64,000 nucleotides of DNA from Mobula hypostoma. Taxonomy: Eukaryota. Location: contig NC_086099.1 of assembly GCF_963921235.1 (NCBI RefSeq), positions 198,834,001 to 198,898,000 on the forward strand, read 5' to 3'. Shown piece after piece: positions 11,265 through 25,107 of the stretch (position 1 is its first letter; each line of letters opens with the position of its first letter). Both the position numbers and the translations under genes were made by a program. The notes below the pieces were generated by a model. The model saw only the letters and a program-made list of their open reading frames with translations. It ran no database searches and had not been told where the DNA came from.

Positions 11265-14200
11265 GTAGGAGCTACAGGGAGATAGTCACCCCAAGGCTAC
11301 AGAAGACAGATAAATAGGTGACATTCAGAAGAGGAAGGGAGAACCGCAGATAGTGGAGAGCAGCCATGTGGCCATCCCCATCAACAATAAGTACGCCATT
11401 TTGAGTGCTGTTTGGGGAGACGACCTACCTGGGGGAAGCAACAGTGGTCGTGCCTCTTTCTCTAAGTCTGGCCCTGTAGCTCAAAAGAGCATGACAGCAG
11501 TAACTAGGGACTTAGGCGATTCTGTGGACGCATAAAGGATACATGGATGGTAGTTTTCCTCCCAGGTGCCAGGGTCAGCGATGTTTCTGAATGCGTTCAC
11601 AAAATCCTGAAAAGGGAGGTTGAGCAGCCAGAAGTCGTGGTACATATTGGTACCAACGACATAGAAAAAGGGAGGAGGTGCTGAAACAGACCACAGGGAA
11701 TTAGTAAGGAAGCTGAGAAGCAGGGCCTCAAGTGTAGTAATCTTGGGATTGCTGCAGGTGCCATGCAACAGTGAGGATAGGAGTAGAATGAGGTGGTGGA
11801 TAAATGCGTGGCTGAAGAATTAGAGCCACGAGCAGGGATTCAGATCTCTGGATCATTGGGACCTCTTCAGGGACAAGTGTGACCTGTACAAAAGAGATGA
11901 GTTGCACTTGAATCCAAGGGTACCAATGTCCTTATGGGCAGGTTTGCTAGAGCTGTTGGGAGTAGTTTAAACTAATATGGTAGGGGATGGGAACCAGTAT
12001 GATAGAGCTGAGGTTTACAAGGTTTACTTGTAAACTAGCAGGTTTACAAGTAGATTATGTAATATGTAATATGAATGTAAGGAAGGACAAGCCAATGATT
12101 GGTTACAACAGCAGATAGAGCAAAGAGTTAAATTGTACCACAGAGGAAAAATTCATAAGTGTGAAGAATGCGGGACTGAAGGTGTTGTATTTAAATGCAG
12201 GTAGCATTCAGAATAAGGTGGACGAACTCGTGGTGCAATTAGAGATTCTTCAGTATGATGTTGTTGGCATCACTGAGTTGTAGCTTAAAGAAGGTCATAA
12301 TTAGGGGTTTAACATCAAAGGATATACTTTGTATCAAATGGACAGGCAGGAAGGCATAGGTGATGGTGTGGCTCTATTGGTAAGAGATGGAATTACATCT
12401 TTAGAAAGAGGTGACATAGGGTCAGAGGATGTTGAATCTTTGTGGGTGGAATTAAGAAACTGCAAGGATGAAAAGATAATGGGAATCATGTACTGTATAG
12501 GCCTCCAAATAGTATCTCAGGTTGAGATAGCAAAGGGAGCTGGAAGAGGCATGTAATCACACAATTGTAATGGGGGACATCAATATACAAGGCGTTTCCG
12601 AAAATCAGTTTGCTGTCGGATTGCAAGATAGAGAATTTGTTGAATTCCTACAAGATGGCTTTTTTAGAGCAGCTTGTGCGCAAGCCTGTTAGGGGAAAGG
12701 CTATCTTAAATTGTGTGTTGTGTAATAATCCAGATATTATAAGTTAGCTTAACGTAATGGAACCCTTAGGAGGCAGTGATCAAAATATAATTGAATTCAT
12801 ACTGCAGTTTGAGAGGGAGAAGCACAAGTCACACGTATCAGTAATGCAATGGAATAAAGGGAATTACAGAGGGATGAGAGAGGAGCTTGCCCAGGTGGAT
12901 TGGAGGGGGATACTGGTAGGGATGAAGGCAGAACAGAGGTAGCTGAAGTTTCTGGGAATAGATCACAAGGCGCAGGATAGATATGTCCCACGGAAGAAGA
13001 AGTGCTCAAACAGCAGGACTAGGCAACTGTGGCTGACAAGGGAAGTTGAAGACTGCACAAGAGCCAAGGAAAGGGAATATAAGGTAACATCTTGGACAAT
13101 GTCTCTCATCCACTACATAATGTACTGGCTGGGCGCAGGAGTACATTCAGCCAGAGACTCATCCCACCGAGATGCAACACAGGGCGTCATAGGAAGTCAT
13201 TCCTGCCTGTGGCCATCAAACTTTACAATTCCTCCTTGGAGGGTCAGACACCCTGAGCCAATAGGCTAGTCCTGGATTTATTTCATAATTTACTGGCATA
13301 ATTTGCATATTACTATTTAACTATTTATGGTTTTATTACTATTTATTATTTATGGTGCAACTGTAACGAAAACCAATTTCCCCCGGGATCAATAAAGTAT
13401 GACTACTACTACTACTACTACAAAAGTGAATGGGAAGTTGGATGATTGGGAAGCTTTTAAAATCCAGCAAAAGGCAATTAAAAAAGTGATAAGAAGGGAA
13501 AAGAAGAAATATGAGTGCAAACTAGCTGATAATATAAAGCAGGATACTAAAAGTTTTTTTCTGTAATACTTAAAAGTTTTTTAAGAATAAAAGGGAGGTG
13601 AAAGTTGATATTGGACCACTGAAAAATGATGCTGGTGAGGTAGTAATGGGGGGACAAAGAAATGACAGATGAACTTAATAAGTATTTTGCTTCAGTCTTT
13701 ACTGTGGAAGACACTGGCTGTATGTCAGAGGCCCGTGACTGTCAGGGAGCAGGAGTGAGCGCCATTGCTATTACAAAGGAAAAAGTGTTAGGGAAACTGA
13801 AAGGACTTAAGGTGGATGTCATCTGCACCAGATGGACTACATCCCAGAATTCTGAGAGAAGTTGCTGAAGAGTTAACAGATATATTGGTCAGGATCTTTT
13901 AAGAATCCCTTGATTCTGGCATGGTCCCGGAGGACTGGAAGTTTGCAAATGTCACTCCACTCTTTAAGCAAGGAGGAAGACAAAAGAGAGGAAATTATAG
14001 GCAGTTAGCCTGACCTCAGTGGATGGGAAAGTGTTGGAGTCTATTATTAAGGATGAGGTTTCAGGGTACTTGGAGTTTAATGATAAAATAAGTCAAAGTC
14101 AAAGTCAGCATAGTTTCTGAAAAGGGAAATCTTGCCTGACAAATCTGTTAGAATTCTTTGAGGAAGTAGATGTCAAGCAGTAGATGTGACTTACTTAGAT

Positions 14201-15355
14201 TTTCAGAAGGCATTTGATAAGGTGCCTGACATGAGGCTGCTTACAAGATAAAATCCTATGGTGTTACAGGAAAGATACTGGCATGGATAGAGGAATGGCT
14301 GACAGGCAGGAGGCAGTGACTGAGAATAAAGGAGGTCCTTTTCAGCTTGGCTAGTGGTGTTCCTCAGGGGTCAGTATTGGGACTGCTGCTTTTCATATTG
14401 TTTGTCAATAATTTAGAGAATGGAATTGATGGCTTTTTGGTAAAGTCCGTGCATGATACAAACATACATGGAGGGGTAGGTAGTGCTGAGGAAGCAATGC
14501 AATTGCAGCAAGACTCAGACAAATTGGAAAAAATGGGCAAAAAAGTAGCAGATGGAATACAGTGTTGGGAAATGTATGAAAATGAATTTTTGTAAAAGGA
14601 ACAATAGTGCAGACTATTATCTAAATAGGGAGAAAATTTAAATATTAGAGGTGCAAAGGGGCTTAGGAGTCCTTGTGCAGGACTCCCAGAATGGTAACTC
14701 ACAGGTTGAGTCTGTGGTAGAGGAGGCAAATGCAATGTTGGCATTTATTTCAAAGGAGAATAGAATATAAAAACATGAAGATAATGCTGAAGCTTTATAA
14801 GATGCTAGTCAGGCCGCACTTGGAGTATTATCAGAAAAGATGTGTTGTCATTGGAGAGAATCCCAGGGGATTCATGAGAATGATTCCAGGAATGAAGGGG
14901 TTAACATATGAGGAGCATTTGGCAGCTTTCGGCCTGTACTCACTGGAATTTAGAAGAATGCATGGGGATCTCATTGAAACCTACCAAATGTTGAAAGGAC
15001 ACAATAAGGTGGATGTGGAGAGGATGTTTCCTCTAGTGGGTGTATCCAGAACGAGAGGGCACAACCTCAAAATTGAGGGATGATCTTTTAGAACAGAAGC
15101 AAGGAGGATTTTTTTTTTAGCCAAAGAGTGGTGAATCTGTGGAATGCTCTGCCACAGACTGCGGTAGAAGCCAAGTCTACGGGTATATTCAAAGCGGAAG
15201 TTGATAGATTCCTGATTGGTCAGGGAATCAAGGGATAAAGTGAGAGGCAGGTGTATGGGATTGAATGGGTTCTGGGATCAGCCATGATGAAATGGCAGAG
15301 CGGACTCGATGGGCTGAATGGCTTAATTCTGCTCCTATGTCCCATAGTCCTAAGG
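11265..15355 (+). mobile_element. Near full-length CR1 LINE (ORF1 esterase and ORF2 EN/RT), disrupted
   Basis: ORF1 PEVVVHIGTND..FLDHW..LHLN; ORF2 LYLNA.SI.NK, ESLWVELRN, PLGGSD, GVPQGSVLG, LVRPHLEY; CR1 3' UTR ends near 15355. Confidence 0.95.
13088..13421 (+). mobile_element. Young Rex1/Babar 3' fragment inserted in the CR1
   Basis: HPLH..RHRKSFLPVAIKLYN, AATAAA and (ACT)n tail; near-identical to 50541-50872. Confidence 0.9.
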
Positions 15356-15480
15356 TTTTCTCCAGACCATGAGTCCACTGAACTCCCTGCTACCATAGAG
15401 GTCTCATTGCACATGAAACACCAGTAAAGTAATACTGTTTATTTTTTACCTTGTGTCATAAATATTCCTTATTATTTGTT

Positions 15481-15985
15481 ATAGAGTCATAGTCATAGAA
15501 AAATACAGCACAGAAACAGGTCCTTTGGCCCATCTAGTCCGTGACGAACTATTTAAACTGGCTATTCTCATCGACCTACACTGGGATAATAGCCCTCTAT
15601 ACGCTATCATGCATGTAGCTATCCAAACTTCTCATAAACATTTACGAGAGCTTGCATGCACCTCTTGCCCTGGCAGCATGTTCCTCAGTCTCACAACCCT
15701 CAGAGTGAAGAAGTTTCCCCTCATGATTCCCTTAAACTTTTCACCTTTCAGCCTTAACCCATGATCTCTAGTTGTAGTCCCACAGTGGAAAAAGCCTGCT
15801 TCATTTATCCAATGTATACCCCTCATAATTTTGCATACCTCTATCAAATCTCCCCTCAATCTTCTATGTTTCAAGAATAAAGTCCTAACTAATTCAATCG
15901 TTCCTTATAACTCAGGTCCTCTAGTCTGGCAATATCCTTGTAAATTGCCTCTGCACGCTTTCAACCTTATTTACATCTTTCCTGT
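15481..15985 (-). mobile_element. CR1 3' fragment
   Basis: RRLRGDLIEVCKIMRG..NFFTLRVV (ORF 15632-15874) plus CR1 tail. Confidence 0.85.
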
Positions 15986-16340
15986 ATTTATTTAACAATA
16001 AATTCTTGATCAATTTGTGGCATTACTTTATGTGTTGCACACCTTTGGCTGGAGGAACATTATTTTGTTTGGCAGTATACATGTATATAGTTGAAAGGCA
16101 ATAAATGTGAACTTGAAAAAAAATGTGAGTGTATGGATTGAGATGGTGTGCAGGGCGAGGAGAAGCAGTTCTACATTTAGCTTTGGGGAGTGAAGCCAGG
16201 AACATGGAGGAAAGGCACAAGAGACCGAATATCCTGAAATCTGGAGCAACAGACAATCTGCTGGAAGAAAGTAACGGGTTAAGTTCTATCAGTAGGAGGA
16301 AAGGGACTGTCGATGTTTCGGGGTGAAATCCTGCATAAAA

Positions 16341-16705
16341 GTTGAAAGTTCAACGTAAATGTTATTATCAAAGTACGTATACATCACCATATACAACTGT
16401 GAGATTCAATTTTTGTGAGCATACTCAAAAAATCTATAGAATAATAACTATGACAGAATCAGTGAAAGACCATTCAACTAGGGTGTTCAACCACAGTGCA
16501 GAAGACAACGAATTGTGCAAACACAAGAAAAAGGAGAACATGAGTTGATGAGTCCCTGAACATGAGTCCACCTGCCGGGGGAACATTTCAATGAGGGGCA
16601 AGTGAATGTGAGTGAAGGTACCCTCCACCCAGCTCAAGAGTTTGATGGTTGAGGGACAGCAACTGTTCCTGAACCTAGTGGTGTGACTCCTAAGGCCCCT
16701 GTAAG
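16341..16705 (-). mobile_element. Rex1/Babar 3' end and UTR
   Basis: Same UTR family as 56045-56610. Confidence 0.65.
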
Positions 16706-16979
16706 GAATGACTGATCCACTTGATGATCGAGGAAGAATATATTTTTGGTGGTGAACATAATTAATTATGGATTAAAAACATAAATAAAACAGAAGTTAA
16801 AGTTCTCATTTAGGCTGGAGGCATCTTTTTACACTAGGAAGTGAATCGACAAAAAAGGACACAGATAAAAGTGGATTGGAAAAGGGCATTTATGGTAAAG
16901 CATTCTCAAAGGAATGAGAGCTGGCAAGGGGATTTAAGAGTTTCGGGTAAACTTAGTTCCCCAAAGAAAAGGAGTAAAG

Positions 16980-17840
16980 GTTTCTAAATTAGAGCTCTCA
17001 TTAGGAGGACGAAACACAGAGAGAGAAAAATAAAAAAAACAATGGGAAGCTTATGTCACATACCAGGAGACGAATGCAGCAGAGAGTCAAGGATAGTACG
17101 GAAAATACCGGGAAATTAGGAAAGTAGGAAGAGGTATGAAAATATACTTGGAAATCAAACCAAAAAAAAGCTCAAGGTTATTTCAAGGGGACATAAGGAG
17201 AAAAAGGATACCTGAGAGCACACCATATTAGGAACCAGCAAAATAACCTGTGTGAGGAGACAAAGGATATGAATGAGGTTCTAATGAACGCTTTCAGGTG
17301 TTTAGAGAAGTAAGAGATATAGTTTATAATATGATTAAGGAGCAAGGATTTGAAATATTGAAAGGAAGAAACAAAGCAAGGTGAGTATTGAGGCATAGAG
17401 AATGTTTCATAATAGATAATTGGCCAGGCCTGAATGGAGTACATCCAAGGAAACAAGGGAGAAAATATCTGACCATCATTTTCCAACCACACAGAGAAGG
17501 TGCCAAAAGATTGGAAGACTGCTGGTTTAATTGAGTTGTTTAAAGAGGGAAAGGGGAGTTAATTGGCTAGCTACACTCATTTCACTTGTGGAAAAATCTT
17601 TGCATGCAATTAGGAGAGAGAGAATAAAGGAGATTCCAGATAAACATATTTCCACAAAGAAAAGGAGTAAAGGTTTTGGAATTGGCACCTTCATTTAGAA
17701 CTAATCATGGACATTCAGCATAGAGTTGTTAAGGAAAGCTCCTGTTTGTATGTTTTTGATGAAATGATAAGTGCTACTGATAGCAGTATGCTTCATGCAA
17801 TTTTCACAGATTTGAGCCTGATATTTAAAATGTTCTCATA
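16980..17840 (+). mobile_element. Old CR1 ORF2 fragments
   Basis: PGLNGVHPR, DWKTA..LFK and QH.V.K..SCL remnants. Confidence 0.55.
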
Positions 17841-17852
17841 TGTCCCATTTTG

Positions 17853-18080
17853 GGGCTGTGTGGTAGCGTAGCAGTCAGTATAATGTAATTATAACAGCCA
17901 CCTGGGTTCAATTCTGCCACTATCTGTAAGGAGTTTGTACATTATTCCCATGACTGCATGGGTTTCCTCTGGGTGCTCTGGTTTCCTCCTAAATTCCCAA
18001 AACGTACAGGTGACGACTATAAATGAGCGACATGGGCTTGTTGGGTCAGAAGGGCCTGTATCTCAAAATAAAAATAAACA
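17853..18080 (+). mobile_element. V-domain SINE (HE1-like)
   Basis: tRNA-like head with B-box GGTTCAATTC, V-domain TGGGTTTCCTCTGGGTGCTCTGGTTTCCTCC, CR1-type tail and A-rich end. Confidence 0.8.
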
Positions 18081-18194
18081 ATTAATAGGATAAGTAAATG
18101 TCAGGCGGTAAAAGAAGTCCAGGTTCATGGTGAATACGGAGAATGAAACATTTTATCAATGTCTGCATGATCCAAAGGGGCAATGATTGATAAG

Positions 18195-19640
18195 AAAGCT
18201 GGTGACAATGCCAACACTGAGCACACATGAGATGAGCTGTACTCTTTGCCATATCAGCACACGGAACTGGACCAAACGGCCTACCCGGGCAGGTCCTCAG
18301 CAACTGTGCTGACCAGCTAGCAGAGGTTTTCACTGAAATCTACAACCTGTACCTTGTCCCTTGCTGTGGTCCCTGCATGCTTCAAAACCAATCACAAAGC
18401 AGTCAGCGGTAACATACCTCAATGACTATAGACAGGTTGCACTCACCCAATAGCCACCAAGTATCTGGACAGACCGGTTATGTCCCACTTTAAGAACACC
18501 ATCCCCGCGAACTGGACCAACACTAGTTTTCTTAAAAGGCAAATAGATCAACCGAGGACATCATCTCCATCAGTCTCCTCATTGTACTGGAACACCTGGA
18601 AGATAAAGACATCCAAGGCAGAATGCTTTTTATTGACTACAGTTCTGCCTTCAACTCCAGGGACTGGATTAATTACAAATAACAATGTAACACCCTCCAG
18701 AGAGGAGGTGGAGAAACTGTCTGAATGGTGTGTTAACCATAAAACTTTCACTCGACATTGAAAAAAAACAAGGAAATAATTATCAACTTCAGGAAATCGA
18801 GAAGGTATGAACATGCTCCACTATTCATAAATGGTGGAATAGAGGGAAGTGTCTCTCAGCTTTAAGTACTTGGGAGTGAACATCACGGAGGATCTTCCCT
18901 GGACCACTAACACGTCCTTGGTAGTAGGGAAGTCTCAGCAGCACTTATACTATCTTAGGAGTTTAAAGAGAGCAAACCTGCCCCAAAAGCTGCTGGTAAG
19001 CTTTTAAGTGAGAGCATGACAGGATGGTACACAGGCTGTAACAAGAACTACCAAAAAGCAATTCAACGAGTGTTCAGGACTGCACAGAACATCACTGAGA
19101 CACAACTACCAGAATTGGAAACCATCTACATCTCACGCCGTCAATCTCCTCTATATGGCAGGAGATACGAAAACATCTCTGCACAGACTTTGAGACTGAA
19201 AACAGCTTTTTGCCCAGGGTTGTCGTGTAACAGAGCAATGCCCCTCCCCTACCTACCCGTAGTCCTTAAACACGATGGACAATCACTTAGTGCAATACAT
19301 GGGCATGTGCAATATTTCAGTTTAAATGGGGCAGCTACATTCCTTTGCTTTCAGAGCTCTTTTTTAAAAAAAATCTCAGCTTTAATTCTTGATGCTGTTT
19401 TATATTTAATCATTATATTTTATAACACAAACAATACTTGAATGGGGCAGCTACTGTTTCTTTTAATTTTAGAGTTGTTTGTTGTTTTTAATTCATTTTT
19501 AACTTAGATGTCATTCTAAATCACTCAGATGTTTCCTTTAAATTTAGCCATTGTGTTTTTAGTAATTGAATTACTCCTTACTGTTTTGCACTGAATGGAG
19601 CAGCACTGCAATCTCTCACCTCAGAAATAACACCAAAGCA
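18195..19640 (+). mobile_element. Degenerate Rex1/Babar LINE
   Basis: LSNCADQLAEVFTEIYNL, LNDYRQVALT, FIDYSSAFN and FKYLGVNITEDL motifs. Confidence 0.8.
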
Positions 19641-19650
19641 CTAACTAACT

Positions 19651-20898
19651 GGTGGGATCGCTCTGCTGCCAGGGAGGGGAGACTGCCTTTTGATCACTGG
19701 TGGAATCACTCTGCTGTCGGAGAGGGGAGACTGCCTTTAGATCACCCGGTGGGATCGCTCTGCTGCCGGAGAGGGGAGACTGCCTTTAGATCGCGTGGTG
19801 GGATCACTCTGCTGTCGGAGAGGAGAGACTGCCTTTAGATCTCCTGGTGGAATCACTCTGTTGCCAGAGAGGGGAGACTGCCTTTAGATCTCGTGGTGGG
19901 ATCGCTCTGCTGCCGGAGAGGGGAGACTGCCTTTAGATCACCTGGTGGAATCGCTCTGCTGTCGGAGAGGGGAGACTGCCTTTAGATCTCGTGGTGGGAT
20001 CGCTCTGCTGCTGGAGAGGGGAGACTGCCTTTAGATCACCTGGTGGAATCACTCTGCTGTCGGAGAGGGGAGACTGCCTTTAGATCACCTGGTGGAATCA
20101 CTCTGCTGTCGGAGAGGGGAGACTGCCTTTAGATCTCCTGGTGGAATCACTCTGTTGCCAGAGAGGGGAGACTGCCTTTAGATCTCGTGGTGGGATCGCT
20201 CTGCTGCCGGAGAGGGGAGACTGCCTTTAGATCACCTGGTGGAATCACTCTGCTGCCGGAGAGGGGAGACTGCCTTTAGATCACCTGGTGAAATCGCTCT
20301 GCTGTCGGAGAGGGGAGACTGCCTTTAGATCTCGTGGTGGGATCGCTCTGCTGCAGGAGAGGGGAGACTGCCTTTAGATCACCTGGTGGAATCGCTCTGC
20401 TGTCGGAGAGGGGAGACTGCCTTTAGATCTCGTGGTGGGATCGCTCTGCTGCTGGAGAGGGGAGACTGCCTTTAGATCACCTGGTGGAATCACTCTGCTG
20501 TCGGAGAGGGGAGACTGCCTTTAGATCACCTGGTGGAATCACTCTGCTGTCGGAGAGGGGAGACTGCCTTTAGATAACCTGGTGGAATCACTCTGCTGTC
20601 GGAGAGGGGAGACTGCCTTTAGATCACCTGGTGGAATCACTCTGCTGTCGGAGAGGGGAGACTGCCTTTAGATCTCCTGGTGGAATCACTCTGCTGCCGG
20701 AGAGGGGAGACTGCCTTTAGATCACCTGGTGGAATCACTCTGTTGCCAGAGAGGGGAGACTGCCTTTAGATCTCGTGGTGGGATCGCTCTGCTGTCGGAG
20801 AGGGGAGACTGCCTTTAGATCTCGTGGTGGGATCGCTCTGCTGCAGGAGAGGGGAGACTGCCTTTAGATCACCTGGTGGAATCACTCTGCTGCCGGAG
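19651..20898. repeat. 49-bp minisatellite, about 25.5 copies
   Basis: Contiguous unit GGTGGAATCACTCTGCTGTCGGAGAGGGGAGACTGCCTTTAGATCACCT with few variant positions and no spacers. Confidence 0.98.
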
Positions 20899-21210
20899 AA
20901 GGAAAGGCCTGCTGCTATGCCCAAAGAAAGTCACCCAGGTTTTCTGCATTTTGAATATGGATTATGGACTTTTTCAAGCTTATAGTTTTTTCATATTCTG
21001 TGTTTTTCATCCAAACTTTCTCATTTTTTTGTGTGCAGGGGAAGTGGATTTGAGGGTCGATGCGCCTGTTCCATTTTCATTCATTTTTTTGTGTGGGGGG
21101 GGGAGGGATTCGGGGGTTGATGATCACGCTGGCATTCTTTCCTTTCTTGGTTTTGTAGCCATCTGGAGTAGAGGAATTTCAGAGTTGTATATTTTGATAA
21201 TAAATGAACA
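20899..21210 (+). mobile_element. 3' part of a non-autonomous retroposon adjoining the minisatellite
   Basis: Similar to 52100-52425 (TGGACT..ATATTCTGTGTTTT..GGGGTTGATG..TTTCAGAGTT..GATAATAAATGAA). Confidence 0.55.
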
Positions 21211-21574
21211 CCAGGACCACCAGACTCAAAAATAAACATTTTCTTTCCACAAGCAGTAAGGCTGATCAACACTTCTGCCTACTACTGCACAACACTCCAC
21301 CCACCATCAATACTTGATATCATTTCCTGTCAGTCACCTAATGTAAAAACACTTCTGTACCTAGCTTCACTTTATATATAATGTACATATAGAAACAATT
21401 TTATTTGTTTATATTTATTATGTTTTCTTTATTATTGTGTCCTTTATCTTAGTGTATTTTTTATATGCTGCATCAGATCTGGAGTAACAATTATTTTATT
21501 CTCCTTTACACTGGTGTGCTGGAAATGACAATAGTCCTTAAACAATCTTGAACAATCTAAATGAGAATCCTCAA

Positions 21575-23740
21575 TAAATAGAGGGGGGAGATCAAAAAAT
21601 GTGAAGGAAGTCTGGAAACTTGGAGTGTGTGTCCACAGCATCTTAAAGATAGTGACACAAGTATATGAATTAGTTTAAAATGTATTCTGGATGTTTCAGT
21701 TTATTCGCAAGGCATTGAATACATGACAAAGGGTGTTAGGCTAGAATTGTTAACAACAATGGATAAATCACACATAGACTATTATACAAAGTTCTGATTA
21801 GCAAATTACCAAAATAGTGTGACCATGCTGAGAAGAGTGTGGACCAGATTCCTAAGAATGCTGCTTGGAATCTTGCTGCATTAAGGAAGGATTAAACTAA
21901 CAGGTACAGTGCAAACCAAGAGGAGACTTAATTAAATCATCTAATATCAAGAAAGGGCATAAGAAATAGGAGCAGAGCTAGGCACTTCAACCCATCAGGA
22001 TCCTTCACCATTCAATAAGTTCAAAGCTGATCTTCAACACCCATTTTCTTGTGTATTTCAGCTTACTTGATTTATTAAGTCCCCTAAGATCCAGAAATTG
22101 GTCAACCATTGAATGAAGTCAAAGGACCACCATCTTCTGAGTGAGGACATTTCTCTTCATTTTAATCCTAAATGTTTTACACATTATTTTGAAATTTTGA
22201 CACCTAAGTTCTAGGCAAAGAAACATGTAATTCATATTTATCTTCCTGAATCTCCAATGAATTCTGTGAATTTCAGTTCTAACTTTTCTGAACTTACAGA
22301 GATAAACTTTGTGGAAGCAGGCCATTTGGCCCTCTGCATCTACACTGATCAATGTTCCATGAAGTTGGAGTCTCCCAGCTCTTATATTCAATGTTCTGGC
22401 TAATAAAGCCAGCGCATTGAATACAGGTCACCTACAAGATCCTTTATATCTTCTTAATCAAGTTATCAACTGGCATTGACACAGTCAAGGACTTATATTC
22501 CAAGGTCCATTTGTTTTTCAATGCTTTCTAGGACCTTATTATTTATGGTGCATGTCCTAGCCTCATTATTACTTCCAGAATGCATCAGACCACATTTACG
22601 AGGAATAAATTCCATCTGCCATTTCTCAGCCTAATTGACTAATACATCAATATCACTCTGTAACCCAAGACTACCCTCCACACTGTCAATTACTCAACCA
22701 ATCTTTGTTTCAATTACAATTTTACTGATCCTCAAAGAACTCCAAAGCATTACTCAACCCAAATTTCCCTTTCATAAACTCATGCTGCATCTGCCCAATC
22801 ATATTTTAATTTTTTAACTGTCTTGGCATCACATATCTAATCATAGATTCCAGCATTTCATCAACTATTGAACTCAGGCTGAGAGGTCAGTCATTCTGTT
22901 TCTTCTCTCCCTCTTTTCTCAAATAGTGGGATCACATTTTCTACCTCCAGTCTGCAAGAACCAGCTCCAGAATATATAGAGTTTTAAGAGCTACGGTAAC
23001 CAGAGGAACAACCTCTTTCAAAACTCTACAGTATAGACCATCTGATCATTAGGTTTGGGGTTTATTAGTTTTCAGGCTTATTCACTGCTCCAGTAGTAAT
23101 TCTTTATCACTACTAACACATTTTACTTCTTTCTTTGCACTGAATAATTGCTTATTTAGTTTCCTGTGAAGACAGACATAAAGTATTTATTTAATTCTCT
23201 GCCATTTCCTTATCCGATGTTATAAATTCTCGTTTCTCTCTCTGCAGGGACTCACACTTACTCTTGCTCTTCTTTACCTTTATATGTACCAAAAAAAAAC
23301 AAACTTTCATAGTCTGTTTTTATGTTTCTCTCTGGGTTGCTCTTGAATTCTATTTTCTCTTCCTTTATTAATTTACTGAACATCCTTTGCTGAATTCTAA
23401 AGCACTCCCGATAAGAAGTACTTGGATGAGCTGTGACCAGTGGGACTATGCATCTAATCCAGAAGGTGAATTTAGCTGGGTATCCCTTTACTATTGCCGC
23501 TTTTTTTTTTGGTAACTTGTTATCCTTTTCCTTAGATTTAGTACTAACTTTACCTTTCCTCTTTCATGTGGTCAGATCATAAGACCATAAATCATAAGAT
23601 GTATGAACATAATTAAGTCAATTGGCCCACTGAGTATGCTCCGTCATTCTAACATAGATGGTTCATTATCCCTTACGACCCCATTCTCCTGCCTTCTCCA
23701 CAAAATGTCTGATGCCTTTACTAATCAAGAACCTATCAAG
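21575..23740. mobile_element. Cluster of old CR1 fragments in both orientations
   Basis: CR1 RT C-terminal and tail remnants: + strand 21575-21960, - strand 21960-23740. Confidence 0.55.
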
Positions 23741-25107
23741 TTTCCTCTTGTAAGTTTGTTCCTTAAGAAATGTATATTTACTGCAAAATTATGCTGTCAT
23801 AGCCTATAATGTAATTTCCCAACCTTCCCCTGTCACCCATCCCCTTATACTTTTATAATTTCCTTTGCTTAGAGAACTTTTTCAGGATACGAGGAAGTAT
23901 AGGTACAAAGTAATTGGTAGAAAGATTAGACAAGAAAACAAACAGCCATCTGTGTGGGAAGTGTCTAGAACTCATTACCTGAAAGGGTATTAGTGATACA
24001 TTTAAAAAGTAATTGGATTTAAAATGGCCAGGGCTATTGCTTGAATGTTGTAAAGTGGGATTAAGTTGGGGAACTCTTGACCATTGGCAATGGACTCAAG
24101 GGGCCAAATGGTCTCTTCTGATGTGATAAATGTTCCATGATACTAAATGCCCTAATTAGGTTCTTGATCTCAGTAAGGTAAAATAATTGATTTGGGCATG
24201 ATAATTTTAAAAGGCTGTCTCTTCCTTTAAATTTCCTATGAAAATAAACATGACGAATTGTCATTTGAGCCTTTCATTGCATGGGATTTTCTGCAAGTGA
24301 ATTTGCTTTGCTGGAGCTTAGATCCTAAATTTGCATTTATTTCCATCCTTGTTTCCACCATACACTCCGGCATAAAATAGGGCCGGGAATGGTGGAACAG
24401 AGGTAAGGCTTAGAAGTGCAGTGAACTGCCAGCACTCACAGGGTCGTTGGAGTTCTCGAAAGCAACTCAGGTAAGGTCCAGAAGTGCCAGGGAGCTGAGT
24501 TGCACCAGTGGATTTGGCAAACGCACGGTACTAAAGAGCGCCTTTAGAGGAGGAGTGGCTGTCTAGGGAGTTGCCAGTTTTGACAGGGGCAGTGAGATCG
24601 ATGGGTTGCTGTTGATGTCAAAGTGCAGATTGTCGTGAGAATCAAGCTATGTTAAGGAGAACGAGAAGTGATCACAAAAGATTTTCTGTTTTTCTTCCTC
24701 AGCAGAAGCATCTGGAATCAGAGATTATAAAAGCTAGGGTAGTGGTATGCTCCTCCTGCAATATCTAGTATTCCCGGTGACTACACCTGCGGAAAGCTGT
24801 AGCTCCTGTTGGATTACATAGAGAGATTGGAGCTGAGGTTTTATTCATTAAGATGTATCCAGCAGGAGAAAAATATGGTAGATGGTATATTTAGAGAGTC
24901 GACCCAAAAAAGCAAAAAATGAGTAACTACCTGGAAAGCAGGAAAGACAAGTAGGTAGTGCCGGGATTGCTTATGGTCATTGCCTTCTCAAACAAGTGTA
25001 CCATTTGGACGCAGCTGAGGGAGGAGGCCTCCAGGGGAAGACAGAAGCAACACCGTAGCTTATACAAAGGCAGGAATAAGACTGCGAGAGCAATAGTATC
25101 AGGGTAT

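Noticed and set aside
17853-17925. tRNA genes at SINE heads
   Set aside because: Degenerate A/B boxes without a cloverleaf, followed by the V-domain; these are SINE heads.
19651-20898. CRISPR-like array
   Set aside because: Units are contiguous with no unique spacers, no cas genes are present, and the context is vertebrate.
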